From Elusimicrobia bacterium RIFCSPLOWO2_02_FULL_39_32 (GTDB lineage Bacteria; Elusimicrobiota; Elusimicrobia; 2-02-FULL-39-32): a stretch of DNA of 64,000 bases. Location: assembly GCA_001800135.1 (NCBI GenBank), contig MGUU01000011.1, positions 8,842 through 72,841 on the forward strand. Direction: 5' to 3'. Position numbers and translations under genes: made by a program. The notes under the pieces are model-generated. The model was not told the DNA's origin and did not search any database. It was given only the letters and a program-made list of their open reading frames with translations. This document shows, piece after piece, positions 1 to 9,687 of this stretch; position 1 is the stretch's first letter, and every line of letters begins with the position of its first letter.

Positions 1-723
1 CTGACCCAAGGCTGCCCTCCAGATCAAAAAAATCTGGTTTGGAAAGCTGCGGAACATTTCTTCAAAGAATTTAATCTAAACAAATCCTGTGAAATTATTT
101 TAAAGAAAAAAATACCAATAGAGGCAGGGTTGGGAGGAGGTTCTTCAGATGCGGCAGCAACGCTTAAAGGGCTGGCTCAACTATTTCTTAAATCCTCTTA
201 TTCTTCTTTCAAAATACAATCCAAGCTCATTAGATGCGCTTCTAAATTAGGAGCAGATGTGCCGTTTTTCCTTAAAGGAGGGTGCGCTTTAGGTAAGGGC
301 ATAGGGGAAAAAATAAGCGCCATTACCCCGGCTCCAAAGTTTTGGTGCGTGATCGTGAAACCTGAAATTGGATGTTCCACAAAAGAGGCCTACGCTTGGT
401 GGGATGAAACCCGGCAAAAAAAAGGATTAAAATTGACTGAAAATTCAAATATTAATATAATGATAAATTCCCTAATAAAACAAAAGGGCCGAAAGGCATG
501 GAGTTTATGCATAAAAAACTCCTTTGAGGATGTTGTTCTTTCCAAAATTCCTGAACTAAAAAAATGTAAGCAGGAAATACTTTCTCAAGGGGCAGAGAGC
601 GCATGTCTCTCCGGTTCAGGATCTGCTTTTTTTGGAATTGTTTCTTCCAAAAAGGTTGGGGAAGAGGTAAAAAAGAAATTATTGCATTCTTATCAAAACG
701 TTTGGTTAGTTCAATCACTTTAG
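1..723 (+). CDS. ispE: 4-diphosphocytidyl-2-C-methyl-D-erythritol kinase (5'-truncated by window edge)
   Basis: Frame open from base 1: KNLVWKAA...KKIPIEAGLGGGSSDAAA GHMP-kinase motif, LGADVPFF, LSGSGS; classic position before spoVG/glmU/prs. Confidence 0.95.
   Translation: MTQGCPPDQKNLVWKAAEHFFKEFNLNKSCEIILKKKIPIEAGLGGGSSDAAATLKGLAQLFLKSSYSSFKIQSKLIRCASKLGADVPFFLKGGCALGKGIGEKISAITPAPKFWCVIVKPEIGCSTKEAYAWWDETRQKKGLKLTENSNINIMINSLIKQKGRKAWSLCIKNSFEDVVLSKIPELKKCKQEILSQGAESACLSGSGSAFFGIVSSKKVGEEVKKKLLHSYQNVWLVQSL
433..461 (+). promoter_or_regulatory. sigma70-type promoter internal to ispE
   Basis: TTGACT (433-438), 17 bp spacer, TATAAT (456-461). Confidence 0.65.
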
Positions 724-775
724 ATAAAAAAGTTTTGCTGCGCATTAGAAGTAGATGGTCAAGGAGGTTTCTCTC

Positions 776-1087
776 ATGGAAATTACAGAAGTTCGTGTGA
801 GCTGCCGGAATGAAGAACGATTAAAAGCCTATGTAACAGTCACTTTTGACAGCGCGTTTGTTGTACGCCACATCCGCATTGTTAAAACAGAAAAAGGTCT
901 TTTAGTTTCCATGCCGTCGCGTAAGCTCCCGGATGGCACTCACAAAGATATTGCTCATCCCATTACCCAAGAATTTCGAAAAAAACTAGAAACCAAAATT
1001 CTTGCGGCTTATGAGGAAGAATCCAAAAAAGAACCAACCATAACGCATCCGGCTCCACAAGAGAAAATAGAGATTACAGGAAAATGA
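776..1087 (+). CDS. spoVG: SpoVG family nucleic-acid-binding regulator
   Basis: MEITEVRV...LKAYVTVTFD..FVVRHIRIV....GLLVSMPSRK...HKDIAHPI; AAGGAGG RBS before ATG 776. Confidence 0.93.
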   Translation: MEITEVRVSCRNEERLKAYVTVTFDSAFVVRHIRIVKTEKGLLVSMPSRKLPDGTHKDIAHPITQEFRKKLETKILAAYEEESKKEPTITHPAPQEKIEITGK

Positions 1088-1138
1088 ACAAGGGGAGAAC
1101 AAACAAAATTTTAACCTTCAAAGTTTAGAGTTCTTTCT

Positions 1139-1209
1139 TCCGGGGTGGTGTAATGGTAACACAGGAGACTTTGGATCTCCCATTCCTGGTTCGAGTCCAG
1201 GCTCCGGAG
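1139..1209 (+). tRNA. tRNA-Gln(TTG), CCA not encoded
   Basis: Acceptor TCCGGGG/CTCCGGA, D-loop AATGGT, anticodon arm GGAGA-CTTTGGA-TCTCC, T-arm CCTGG-TTCGAGT-CCAGG, discriminator G. Confidence 0.96.
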
Positions 1210-1276
1210 AGATTTTTAGTCATCTCTAAAAAACGAGAGTCTTAAACTTCAAAAACTTTAAAAAAAATAAAGCGCT

Positions 1277-2677
1277 ATGTCAAAAAAATATTCCATACTC
1301 ATTTTAGCTGCTGGAGAAGGGACAAGGATGCGATCCTCCTCAATTCCAAAAGTAATGCACACCCTTTGCGGTGTTCCTTTGATCCAAAGGGTGATCAAAG
1401 CGAGCATGCCTATTCCTCAAGAGAAGATTGGAATTGTGGTAGGCTATGGCAATGAAAAAATAAAAGAAGAGCTAAAAAAACAAAAGAATATTGAGCTTAT
1501 CCCACAAAAAAAGCAGATGGGTTCAGGAAACGCGGTCCAATCTGCAAAAAACTGGCTTCAACACGTTTCAAAATCCTCTTCTCACATTCTAGTTGTTTGC
1601 GGAGACACCCCTCTTATTTCTTCAGAAACTCTTCTTTCTTTTTGTAACTTTCATTTAAAACAAGAAAATAACGCTTCTATCCTTTCTTTTAAAACTTCCC
1701 AACCTTTTGGATACGGACGAATTGTTAGGGATCAAAATTTAAGAGTGCAAAAAATTGTGGAAGAAAAAGATGCGACATTGGAAGAAAAAAATATTGACGA
1801 GGTCAATTCAGCCATTTATTGTTTTGAAATTAAAAAATTGCTGGAAATTTTGCCGCATTTAAAAAATAATAACGCTAAAAAAGAATATTATCTAACGGAT
1901 GTGATTGAGCATTTCTATAATAAAAGATTAAAAGTTGATGCTTTCCAAAGCGGCGCCAGAAATGGATTAGCCATCAAGGAAACCATGGGAATCAATACAA
2001 GAGTTGAATTGAGCATGGCTGAAGAGTTCCTTCAAGAAAAAATCAGAAATTATTGGATGGAGCAGGGTGTCACCATGTTAAATCCTTCTTCCATCTATAT
2101 TGAAGAAAAAGTCACCATTGGAAAAGATACGCTTTTATTGCCTCAAACTATGCTGCTGGGCGCAACCAAAATTGGAGAACGCTGCAAAATTGGTCCTTCT
2201 AGTTTTATAGAAAATTCTAATATTGGCGAGAATACAGTGGTTCGCGCTTCTTTTATTTATGGCTCAACCATCGGCAATAAAGTTGAAATTGGGCCCTATA
2301 CCCATTTAAGAACAGGCTCTGTGGTTCAGGATGAAGCAAGGATAGGAAACTTTACAGAGATAAAAAATTCAAATATCGGCAAGGAAACAAAGGTCTCTCA
2401 TCTAGCTTATATCGGCGATTCTATTTTGGGAGAAAAAATTAATGTTGGCGCGGGCGCGATTACCTGTAATTTCGACGGAAAAAATAAACATAAAACAACT
2501 ATTGGTTCTCAATCCTTTGTTGGATCCAATGTAAATCTGATCGCCCCTGTAAAGGTTGGGGCTAGATCCGTTCTTGCAGCGGGCTCTACTATTACTGAGG
2601 ACGTGCCTTCAGATTCTCTAGCAATTGAAAGAACATCCTTGGTCATCAAAAAAGGTTGGGTTAAAAAAAGAAAATAA
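1277..2677 (+). CDS. glmU: bifunctional UDP-GlcNAc pyrophosphorylase / glucosamine-1-phosphate acetyltransferase
   Basis: LAAGEGTRM, PKVMH, GYGRIVR, EYYLTD, hexapeptide repeats, HLAYIGD, NVGAGAITCNFDG. Confidence 0.97.
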   Translation: MSKKYSILILAAGEGTRMRSSSIPKVMHTLCGVPLIQRVIKASMPIPQEKIGIVVGYGNEKIKEELKKQKNIELIPQKKQMGSGNAVQSAKNWLQHVSKSSSHILVVCGDTPLISSETLLSFCNFHLKQENNASILSFKTSQPFGYGRIVRDQNLRVQKIVEEKDATLEEKNIDEVNSAIYCFEIKKLLEILPHLKNNNAKKEYYLTDVIEHFYNKRLKVDAFQSGARNGLAIKETMGINTRVELSMAEEFLQEKIRNYWMEQGVTMLNPSSIYIEEKVTIGKDTLLLPQTMLLGATKIGERCKIGPSSFIENSNIGENTVVRASFIYGSTIGNKVEIGPYTHLRTGSVVQDEARIGNFTEIKNSNIGKETKVSHLAYIGDSILGEKINVGAGAITCNFDGKNKHKTTIGSQSFVGSNVNLIAPVKVGARSVLAAGSTITEDVPSDSLAIERTSLVIKKGWVKKRK

Positions 2678-2702
2678 ACGATTAAAAAGGGAGAAAATTC
2701 TT

Positions 2703-3665
2703 ATGCGAACTTATAACAATAACACCCTAAAAATTTTTTCTGGCAATTCTAATCTGCCTTTAACTGAGGAAATTTGTGCCATTTTAGGAATTCCTTTAGG
2801 ACGCGCTCATGTGGGAAGGTTTCCTGATGGAGAAGTAGAAGTAAAAATCGAAGAAAATGTAAGAGGATACGATTGTTTTGTCGTACAACCCACCTCTTAT
2901 CCGGCAAATGACAATTTAATGGAACTGCTGCTTCTCATGGATGCTTTAAGGCGGGCAAGCGCGGATAGAATTACCGCTGTTTTACCCTACTATGGTTATG
3001 GCAGACAAGATAGAAAAGCTGAACCTCGAGTGCCCATCTCAGCAAAACTTGTGGCAAACTTAATTCAAGCCGCAGGAGCAGACAGAGTTTTAACCATGGA
3101 TTTACATGCTGGGCAGATTCAGGGTTTTTTTGATATTCCCGTAGATCACCTCTACGCAAACCCTGTGATTATAGACTATTTTAAAAGAAAAAGTTTTATC
3201 AATAATGAACCTGGGACTTTGGTGATTGTTTCACCAGACGCAGGCGGAGTAGAAAGAGCCAGAGCCTTTGCCAAACGCTTAAACGGGGAACTGGCCATTG
3301 TGGACAAAAGAAGAATTTCTCCCAGAGAAGCAGCGGTCATGACAATTGTGGGAGACGTAAAAGACAAATACGCAATTCTTATTGACGATATTATTGATAC
3401 CGCAGGCACTTTGTGCAAAGCCTGTGAGGCCCTTCATCGCGCAGGGGCAAAAAAGATTTTTGCTGGCTGCGCCCATGGAATTTTTGCAGGGCCAGCCATT
3501 GAAAGATTAAACCAAGCTCCAATTGAGGAAATTGTAGTTACGAATTCAGTTCCTTTAAAACAATCAAAACCAGACTATATCACTGTGCTTTCTATAGCCA
3601 ATCTCTTGGCTGAAGCTATTGAGCGCATTCATTCTGGTTCCTCTGTCAGTGAGCTCTTTGTGTAA
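2703..3665 (+). CDS. prs: ribose-phosphate pyrophosphokinase
   Basis: FPDGE, PYYGYGRQDRK, DLHAGQIQGFF, VSPDAGG, DDIIDTAGT; start at ATG 2703 after GGGAG. Confidence 0.97.
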   Translation: MRTYNNNTLKIFSGNSNLPLTEEICAILGIPLGRAHVGRFPDGEVEVKIEENVRGYDCFVVQPTSYPANDNLMELLLLMDALRRASADRITAVLPYYGYGRQDRKAEPRVPISAKLVANLIQAAGADRVLTMDLHAGQIQGFFDIPVDHLYANPVIIDYFKRKSFINNEPGTLVIVSPDAGGVERARAFAKRLNGELAIVDKRRISPREAAVMTIVGDVKDKYAILIDDIIDTAGTLCKACEALHRAGAKKIFAGCAHGIFAGPAIERLNQAPIEEIVVTNSVPLKQSKPDYITVLSIANLLAEAIERIHSGSSVSELFV

Positions 3666-3678
3666 GGAGAATGAAACA

Positions 3679-4410
3679 ATGCAAAACATAATCTTAAGTG
3701 CAGAAACAAGAGAATCCGTCTCAAACGGAAAACTAAATGAGTTGCGTAAATCTGGCTGGATCCCGGCTGTACTCTATGGAGGCCATTCTGGGGAAAAAAG
3801 CGACAAAAATATTCTGATAAAAGTAAAAGAAAAAAGTTTACAGAAAACCATTGGCAGCCACAATGCAATATTAGAACTAAAAGTGGGAAACCAAAGCGAC
3901 TCTGTTCTTATCAAAGAAATCCAAAGGGATGTCGTTACCCAAAAGCTGCTTCATGTGGATTTTCAAAGAGTAAGCATGACGGAAAAATTAGAAGTGATGG
4001 TGCCTTTACACCTAGTGGGAGAAGCTAAAGGAGTAAAACTTTCAGGAGGAATTCTGCAGCATTTAGTTCGGGAAATAAAAATCCTTGCGCTGCCTAAAGA
4101 TTTACCGTCTGCAATTAATCTGGATGTTAGCGGGTTAGAAATTGGACATGGACTACTTGCAAGCGAAATCCCCGCAATTGCTGGGGTACAGCTTTTACTA
4201 GATCCGCACCAGATGATTGCAAACGTTGTTGCCCCAACTATTTTAGAGGAAACTCCACAAGCTCCGGGAGCTGCAACAGCCGCTGAACCAGAGGTCATTG
4301 CCAAAGGTAAAAAACCTGAAGAAGGTGAAGAAGCTGCTGCCACAGCCACAGCTAAACCTGGAGAAAAGGGAGCAGCTGCTCCCAAAACAACTGGAACTCC
4401 AGCTAAATGA
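3679..4410 (+). CDS. rplY: 50S ribosomal protein L25 / general stress protein Ctc (long form)
   Basis: LRKSGWIPAVLYG, HVDFQ, GVKLSGG, EPEVIAKGKK tail; AAGGAG RBS before ATG 3679. Confidence 0.95.
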   Translation: MQNIILSAETRESVSNGKLNELRKSGWIPAVLYGGHSGEKSDKNILIKVKEKSLQKTIGSHNAILELKVGNQSDSVLIKEIQRDVVTQKLLHVDFQRVSMTEKLEVMVPLHLVGEAKGVKLSGGILQHLVREIKILALPKDLPSAINLDVSGLEIGHGLLASEIPAIAGVQLLLDPHQMIANVVAPTILEETPQAPGAATAAEPEVIAKGKKPEEGEEAAATATAKPGEKGAAAPKTTGTPAK

Positions 4411-4556
4411 TCCCCTTTACCTTCTGAACTGACTTGATTGTAAAATGATTTGACCCATGAGACAATTAATAGTTGGATTAAATAGAATAAACCGCATTAT
4501 TCTCTTAATTGAAAAACGAAATTATTTGAGCTAGTTTCCTAAATTTTCTCTAAAAG

Positions 4557-5129
4557 ATGGAACATCCCATTCGGTTTGTCATAGGTTTAGGAAATCCTGA
4601 TCCTCAATATGAAGGAACTCCTCACAATTTGGGAAGAACTTTAATGGAAAAAATTCAAAGAGAAAAAAATCTAAATTGGCAAAAAGAAAAAATGTATGAC
4701 ACGACTCTTTCCAACCCTTCTTTTGTGCGGTTAAATAGTTATATGAATGCTTCAGGCATTGCTGTAGAGCATCTGGTTAAAAAAACGAAAGTTGAACCAA
4801 CGCAACTTTTAATTTGCTTTGATGATTTTGATTTAACTTTAGGAACCCTGCGCGTACGAAAAAAAGGTTCTGGCGGCAGCCATAATGGTTTAAAGTCAAT
4901 CGTTGAATCTTTAGGCACAAAAGAATTCCCCAGACTCCGCTTAGGTATTGGGCCTCTTCCTAAAGGAAAAGACCCTTCTCAGTTTGTGCTTAGTCCTTTT
5001 TCTAAAAAAGATAAAGAGATTGTCCAAAAGATGCTGGAACAAGGGATCCTAGCTATTGAAACTATTCTGAAACAGGGTTTAGAATTTGCAATGAACCAAT
5101 ATAACAAAAATAACGGTAATGTTAACTAA
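4557..5129 (+). CDS. pth: peptidyl-tRNA hydrolase
   Basis: IGLGNP...TPHNLG, YMNASG, GGSHNGLKS, RLRLGIG, FVLSPF; follows rplY. Confidence 0.93.
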   Translation: MEHPIRFVIGLGNPDPQYEGTPHNLGRTLMEKIQREKNLNWQKEKMYDTTLSNPSFVRLNSYMNASGIAVEHLVKKTKVEPTQLLICFDDFDLTLGTLRVRKKGSGGSHNGLKSIVESLGTKEFPRLRLGIGPLPKGKDPSQFVLSPFSKKDKEIVQKMLEQGILAIETILKQGLEFAMNQYNKNNGNVN

Positions 5130-5212
5130 AATTTAAAAGTGTCCAATTTAAATTCTTAAATGACATAATAATTGACATGAAAAAAAAATTTTTATTAAAT
5201 AGTTAGAATTTT

Positions 5213-5794
5213 ATGGAACAAACAAAAGAAAATAGCCCAATCAATAGCTCTGCAAATACAGCTATTCCCGCAAATAGTGTAAAAAATAATGTACTCCCCA
5301 GTTCTTCCCAACAGGGAATAAAACGCAGAGATTTTTTATGGACCGCATGGGCTTCATTTGCCACTTTTCTTGCAGCTTCCGCAGGAGCCATGGGCAAATT
5401 TCTTTTTCCTAACGTACTCTATGAATCTCCTCAAATTTTCAAGGCTGGTAAACCAGAAGATTATTCTCTGGGAGTTTCTACAAAGTGGATGAAGGACCAG
5501 CGCGTATGGATTGTAAAAACCCCTTCCCAGCTTTATGCTCTTTGGGGACGTTGCACTCATTTAGGCTGCACCCCAAATTGGTTCGACGCTGAAAAAAGAT
5601 TTAAATGTCCTTGTCATGGTTCAAATTTCACCAGCGAAGGAGATGTGATTGCAGGTCCTGCCCCAAAACCTTTAAACCGCTGCGCTATTGCCCTGCTTCC
5701 TACAGGAGAAATCTTAATAGACAAATCCATCCTAGAAACCCGCCCGGGGTTTCGTGAAAAAGATCAATTTAGAATTGCTTTTAAAGAAGCATAA
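5213..5794 (+). CDS. Rieske [2Fe-2S] subunit of a quinol:cytochrome c oxidoreductase
   Basis: Tat-like KRRDFL plus TM helix; CTHLGC and CPCHGS boxes; GPAPKPL. Confidence 0.95.
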   Translation: MEQTKENSPINSSANTAIPANSVKNNVLPSSSQQGIKRRDFLWTAWASFATFLAASAGAMGKFLFPNVLYESPQIFKAGKPEDYSLGVSTKWMKDQRVWIVKTPSQLYALWGRCTHLGCTPNWFDAEKRFKCPCHGSNFTSEGDVIAGPAPKPLNRCAIALLPTGEILIDKSILETRPGFREKDQFRIAFKEA

Positions 5795-5808
5795 AAAAGT
5801 TCTCTTCA

Positions 5809-7434
5809 ATGAAAATATCTTTTGAACAAATAAAAAAAGAAATAATTGAACATCCCATTTGGCGTTCCATGTTCCGCGGAGGGAAATGGCACGATACTGC
5901 GCGGGACAGAGCTCAACATATTATTGGCAACGTCTGGCTGCATCTGCATCCAGCAAAACTTCGTAAAAGAGCAGTTCGCTTTACTTATACATGGGGGTTG
6001 GGCGGGCTTTCTTTTGGGCTCTTCTTTGTTTTAACTGTTTCCGGCATTCTTTTAATGTTTTATTACCGCCCCACTATTCAGCTCGCGTATCAAGATATTA
6101 AGGATTTGGAATATGTGGTCACCATGGGATCTTTCTGGAGAAATTTTCACCGCTGGGCCGCTCACTTAATGGTCCTAATTACTATTTTTCACATGATCAG
6201 AGTATTCTTAACAGGTTCCTATAAATCTCCTCGAGAATTTAACTGGGTGGTTGGCACTATTCTTTTAGTTTTAACTCTTCTCCTTTCTTTTAGCGGATAC
6301 CTTCTCCCTTGGGACCAAATTGCGATTTGGGCTATTACCGTAGGCGCAAATATGGCTTCTAATACACCTATTTTAGGAGCTGAAGGGCCTTTTTCTATTG
6401 TAAACATCAAAAATGATGCTCGCTTTATGCTGCTAGGAGGAACCTATGTTGGAGAAGCAGCACTCTTAAGATTCTATGTACTACATTGCGTAGCTTTTCC
6501 CTTTGTCACTGGAGTTTTCTTAATTGTTCATTTCTGGAGAATAAGAAAAGATGGTTTTTCTGCCGCTCCCTTAGATTTAAAAAATAAAAATGAAGAAAAA
6601 CTAGATGTCTGGCCAAATCTTGTTGTAAGGGAATATCTATACGCAATGATCGCCTTAGCTCTACTGATAGCTTGGTCTGTATTTATTCAAGCTCCTTTAG
6701 AAGAACAAGCTAATTTAAATGTAACGCCCAATCCAGCAAAAGCTCCTTGGTATTTTTTAGGATTGCAAGAACTCTTAGTCTATTTCGATCCTTGGATCGC
6801 AGGAGTGCTTCTGCCAACATTAATTATTGTTGGCCTCATGGCTATTCCTTACCTTGACAATAACCCCAATGGAATAGGCTATTATTCTCTTAAAGAAAGG
6901 CCTTTTGCCAATACATTTTTTTTATTTGGCATTGCCCTCTGGTTTATATTAATTTTAATTGGCACTTACTTAAGAGGCCCAAACTGGGGTTGGTATTGGC
7001 CATGGGAGGATTGGATGCATCACAAGCCACCTCCTCCTTCAGCCTGGAATGTGCCTAATAGTATAGGCTTGGGGCTTTTAGCTCTGTATTTTCTGGGAGG
7101 AATCTTTTTACCGCGATGGATCAAAAAAGAAATTCCTTTTAAAAAATATTCTTGGATTGGAACAGCCATTATTTTGATTCTTTGCCTGGCATTAAAACCT
7201 ATTTTTCATTTGGGCTGGACTCAAGCTCTTTGGATATCCTTTGCAGCCATTCTCTACTACATTTTAGGGATCCTTCTTCCTCAACAATATATCCGTACAA
7301 TTTCCTGGCCAAGATATGTGATTGCAATGCTATTCCTCTTAATGACCATAGGAGTGCTTTTGAAAGTAGGTTTACGGTTAGGATTTAACATCAAATATAT
7401 TTTTACTTTGCCCCAATTTAATTTTAATATTTAA
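5809..7434 (+). CDS. cytochrome b (b6-like domain fused to subunit IV-like domain plus extra TM helices)
   Basis: Heme His pairs HRW-x-FH (13 aa apart) and LH-x14-H; GYLLPWDQ; Qo-site PAKAPWYF; additional C-terminal TM segments. Confidence 0.93.
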   Translation: MKISFEQIKKEIIEHPIWRSMFRGGKWHDTARDRAQHIIGNVWLHLHPAKLRKRAVRFTYTWGLGGLSFGLFFVLTVSGILLMFYYRPTIQLAYQDIKDLEYVVTMGSFWRNFHRWAAHLMVLITIFHMIRVFLTGSYKSPREFNWVVGTILLVLTLLLSFSGYLLPWDQIAIWAITVGANMASNTPILGAEGPFSIVNIKNDARFMLLGGTYVGEAALLRFYVLHCVAFPFVTGVFLIVHFWRIRKDGFSAAPLDLKNKNEEKLDVWPNLVVREYLYAMIALALLIAWSVFIQAPLEEQANLNVTPNPAKAPWYFLGLQELLVYFDPWIAGVLLPTLIIVGLMAIPYLDNNPNGIGYYSLKERPFANTFFLFGIALWFILILIGTYLRGPNWGWYWPWEDWMHHKPPPPSAWNVPNSIGLGLLALYFLGGIFLPRWIKKEIPFKKYSWIGTAIILILCLALKPIFHLGWTQALWISFAAILYYILGILLPQQYIRTISWPRYVIAMLFLLMTIGVLLKVGLRLGFNIKYIFTLPQFNFNI

Positions 7435-7439
7435 CCTAC

Positions 7440-8816
7440 ATGAAATTTAGAGAAATATTTTTTAACAAAATTTTCACTCTGCGCAACCTTTTTTTTATTT
7501 CCAATTTTCTTGTTCTTGGTTTATTCTTCTATGCCTTAGCCCACGACTTTTTTAGAGAATGGAAACCTTATCAAAAAGAATATAAACTAAAAGAAAAAAA
7601 ACGGGTTAGAGATTTAATGGAAAAAGGAGATGCTGCAACTAAATCTGGTCTGAACGATGAACTAAAAAAAGCAAAAGCGATGCGCCTAGAAATTAAACAG
7701 ATACTAGCGACTGACATGAACCGGGTAGATCGCTGTATCACCTGCCATTTAGGCCATGACAGTTTTACCAATCCCACTCTGATCAATGATTATAAAGAGC
7801 ACCCTTATGCAGCTCCTAAAAATGAGATTCATGAAAAACATCCCTTTGAAAAATATGGCTGCACCATTTGCCACGAAGGTCAGGGCTTGGCCACCACCTT
7901 TGTGGGAGCTGGCCACATGCCAAAAGATGAAGCTCAAAAAAAAGTTTGGAAAGAAAAACATGATTGGAAAACTATAGAATTCTGGGAACACCCAATGAAG
8001 GCAGGACCTCAAATTTTTGCAACCTGCTCTAAATGCCATGAAGCCCATCCTCCTGTAAAAGGAGTAGAAATTGTTAAAAAAGGTAAACAACTCTTTTTTG
8101 AAAATGGCTGTATTGGCTGCCATCAGGTGAGAGGAGAAGGCGGGACCATTGCTCCGGATATTGCGGAAGAAACCTCTGTAAAACCTCTAGCTAGAATAGA
8201 TTTTGGTTTTGCGGTAAGCGCTGGGTTAATTAATAAAGAGGAAAGAACATTAGAAAATTGGATTAGACTTCATTTTACAGCTAATCCAGCTGTGCTTACC
8301 CCAGGAGATCCTGAAGGTCATTTAAGCCCTGATCCAAAAAATCCACAGCCTGTAGCGCCAACTGCCATGCCCTATTTTGGATTTAATAAAGATGAATCTG
8401 AGGCTTTAGTCGCTTATGTCAGTTCTTTAAAAAGAGAAAAAATTCCATACACTTATCGCATACCTGCTTTAAAAGAACCAGAACCAACTTTTTCCAATGC
8501 AGTTAAACATGGGAGATTTATTTTTCAAAAATATGGATGTACAGGATGCCATGGAAAAAATGCGGATCAGGGAATCCCTATCTTTAATAAACAGGGGGGC
8601 AGAGCTCCTGACCTAGTAAAAACCGTAGGAACTTTTACAAGGGAAGAATTAATTGAAAAAATACAAACAGGCGTTAACCCTGAAGAAAAAGAAAATCCAA
8701 AAGGACCTACCCCGCCGGTTTATATGCCCAGCTTTAAGGATAAAATCAAAGGGCAAGAAATGGAACATCTTGTAAGCTATTTATTGAGTATTGCTGAAAA
8801 GACAGAAGAGTGGTAG
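7440..8816 (+). CDS. membrane-anchored pentaheme cytochrome c
   Basis: N-terminal TM; five CxxCH (CITCH, CTICH, CSKCH, CIGCH, CTGCH); distal Met candidates AMP and YMP. Confidence 0.88.
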   Translation: MKFREIFFNKIFTLRNLFFISNFLVLGLFFYALAHDFFREWKPYQKEYKLKEKKRVRDLMEKGDAATKSGLNDELKKAKAMRLEIKQILATDMNRVDRCITCHLGHDSFTNPTLINDYKEHPYAAPKNEIHEKHPFEKYGCTICHEGQGLATTFVGAGHMPKDEAQKKVWKEKHDWKTIEFWEHPMKAGPQIFATCSKCHEAHPPVKGVEIVKKGKQLFFENGCIGCHQVRGEGGTIAPDIAEETSVKPLARIDFGFAVSAGLINKEERTLENWIRLHFTANPAVLTPGDPEGHLSPDPKNPQPVAPTAMPYFGFNKDESEALVAYVSSLKREKIPYTYRIPALKEPEPTFSNAVKHGRFIFQKYGCTGCHGKNADQGIPIFNKQGGRAPDLVKTVGTFTREELIEKIQTGVNPEEKENPKGPTPPVYMPSFKDKIKGQEMEHLVSYLLSIAEKTEEW

Positions 8817-8864
8817 AATTTATACATCTAAAATAAATTTTGGGATTCAAATAAGGAGGCACCA

Positions 8865-9434
8865 TTGAAAATGAAGAAAAAAATATTTTTTTTAGTTCTC
8901 TTTAGTTCTTTACTGTTCACACACCTCACTCTTTTTAGCGCGGATAAGGATGCCCCTAGCAGCGCAGAGGCTGAAAAAGAAAAAGCTTTAAAAAATCCTT
9001 ATCCCAATGATCTTGGTCCGGAAAAAATTGATATTTCTAAATATAGCGCTGAATTGCAAGAAGGATATAAACTGATGTTAGACAAATGCGCAAAGTGCCA
9101 TACCCCTTCCCGCCCTTTAAATTCTCAATTTTTAGATTTAAAACCAGAAGAGCTCCAAACGCTAAAAAGCTCCAATCCTGAAATCTTTAAAGATAAACTG
9201 GTCTGGCAAATAGAGACTGGCATCTGGCAAAGATACATTAAACGGATGATGGCAAAGCCAGGATGTAACATCAACACCCAAGAAGGCAAAAAAATCTGGA
9301 AATTTATAGTAGAAGACTCAAAAAAAAGGAAAACAGGAGCTCAAGCAAAGGTTTGGGCAGAACATCGCAAAAAATTATTAGCTGAATTTAAAACAAAATA
9401 TCCAGATCGTTTCAAAGAGCTTTTTGAAAAATAA
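8865..9434 (+). CDS. secreted monoheme cytochrome c
   Basis: Signal peptide, single CAKCH, downstream RMM; AAGGAGG RBS (start TTG 8865 or ATG 8871). Confidence 0.8.
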   Translation: MKMKKKIFFLVLFSSLLFTHLTLFSADKDAPSSAEAEKEKALKNPYPNDLGPEKIDISKYSAELQEGYKLMLDKCAKCHTPSRPLNSQFLDLKPEELQTLKSSNPEIFKDKLVWQIETGIWQRYIKRMMAKPGCNINTQEGKKIWKFIVEDSKKRKTGAQAKVWAEHRKKLLAEFKTKYPDRFKELFEK

Positions 9435-9492
9435 TAAAAATCCATCCTCCCCCTCTGGATTTATTTAAATTAAAGCCATTTTGTATTAAAAT

Positions 9493-9529
9493 TTGACATT
9501 CCTACTCTGTTTAAATAAATTAGGAATGT
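9493..9529 (+). promoter_or_regulatory. promoter with overlapping 9-bp inverted repeat operator upstream of fixCX
   Basis: TTGACA (9493)-17-TAAATT; perfect IR ACATTCCTA-N16-TAGGAATGT (9496-9529). Confidence 0.6.
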
Positions 9530-9687
9530 AGAAAAACAAGTGTTAAAAAAATTGAACTAAATATTCAGATTAACCAAAATATTTATGCTAACATGAATCG
9601 CTTAACCCGAATGCATGCATTAGAAAATGAGAACCGAGAAAAACAATCCAACTAAATGATTCGTATTAATCACTAATCTTTATTGAT

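Noticed and set aside
3963..4385. Antisense ORFs (e.g. 3963-4385, 9787-10200, 51966-52298, 54062-54457) and other short alternate-frame ORFs
   Set aside because: Shadows of well-supported genes with no motifs or RBS
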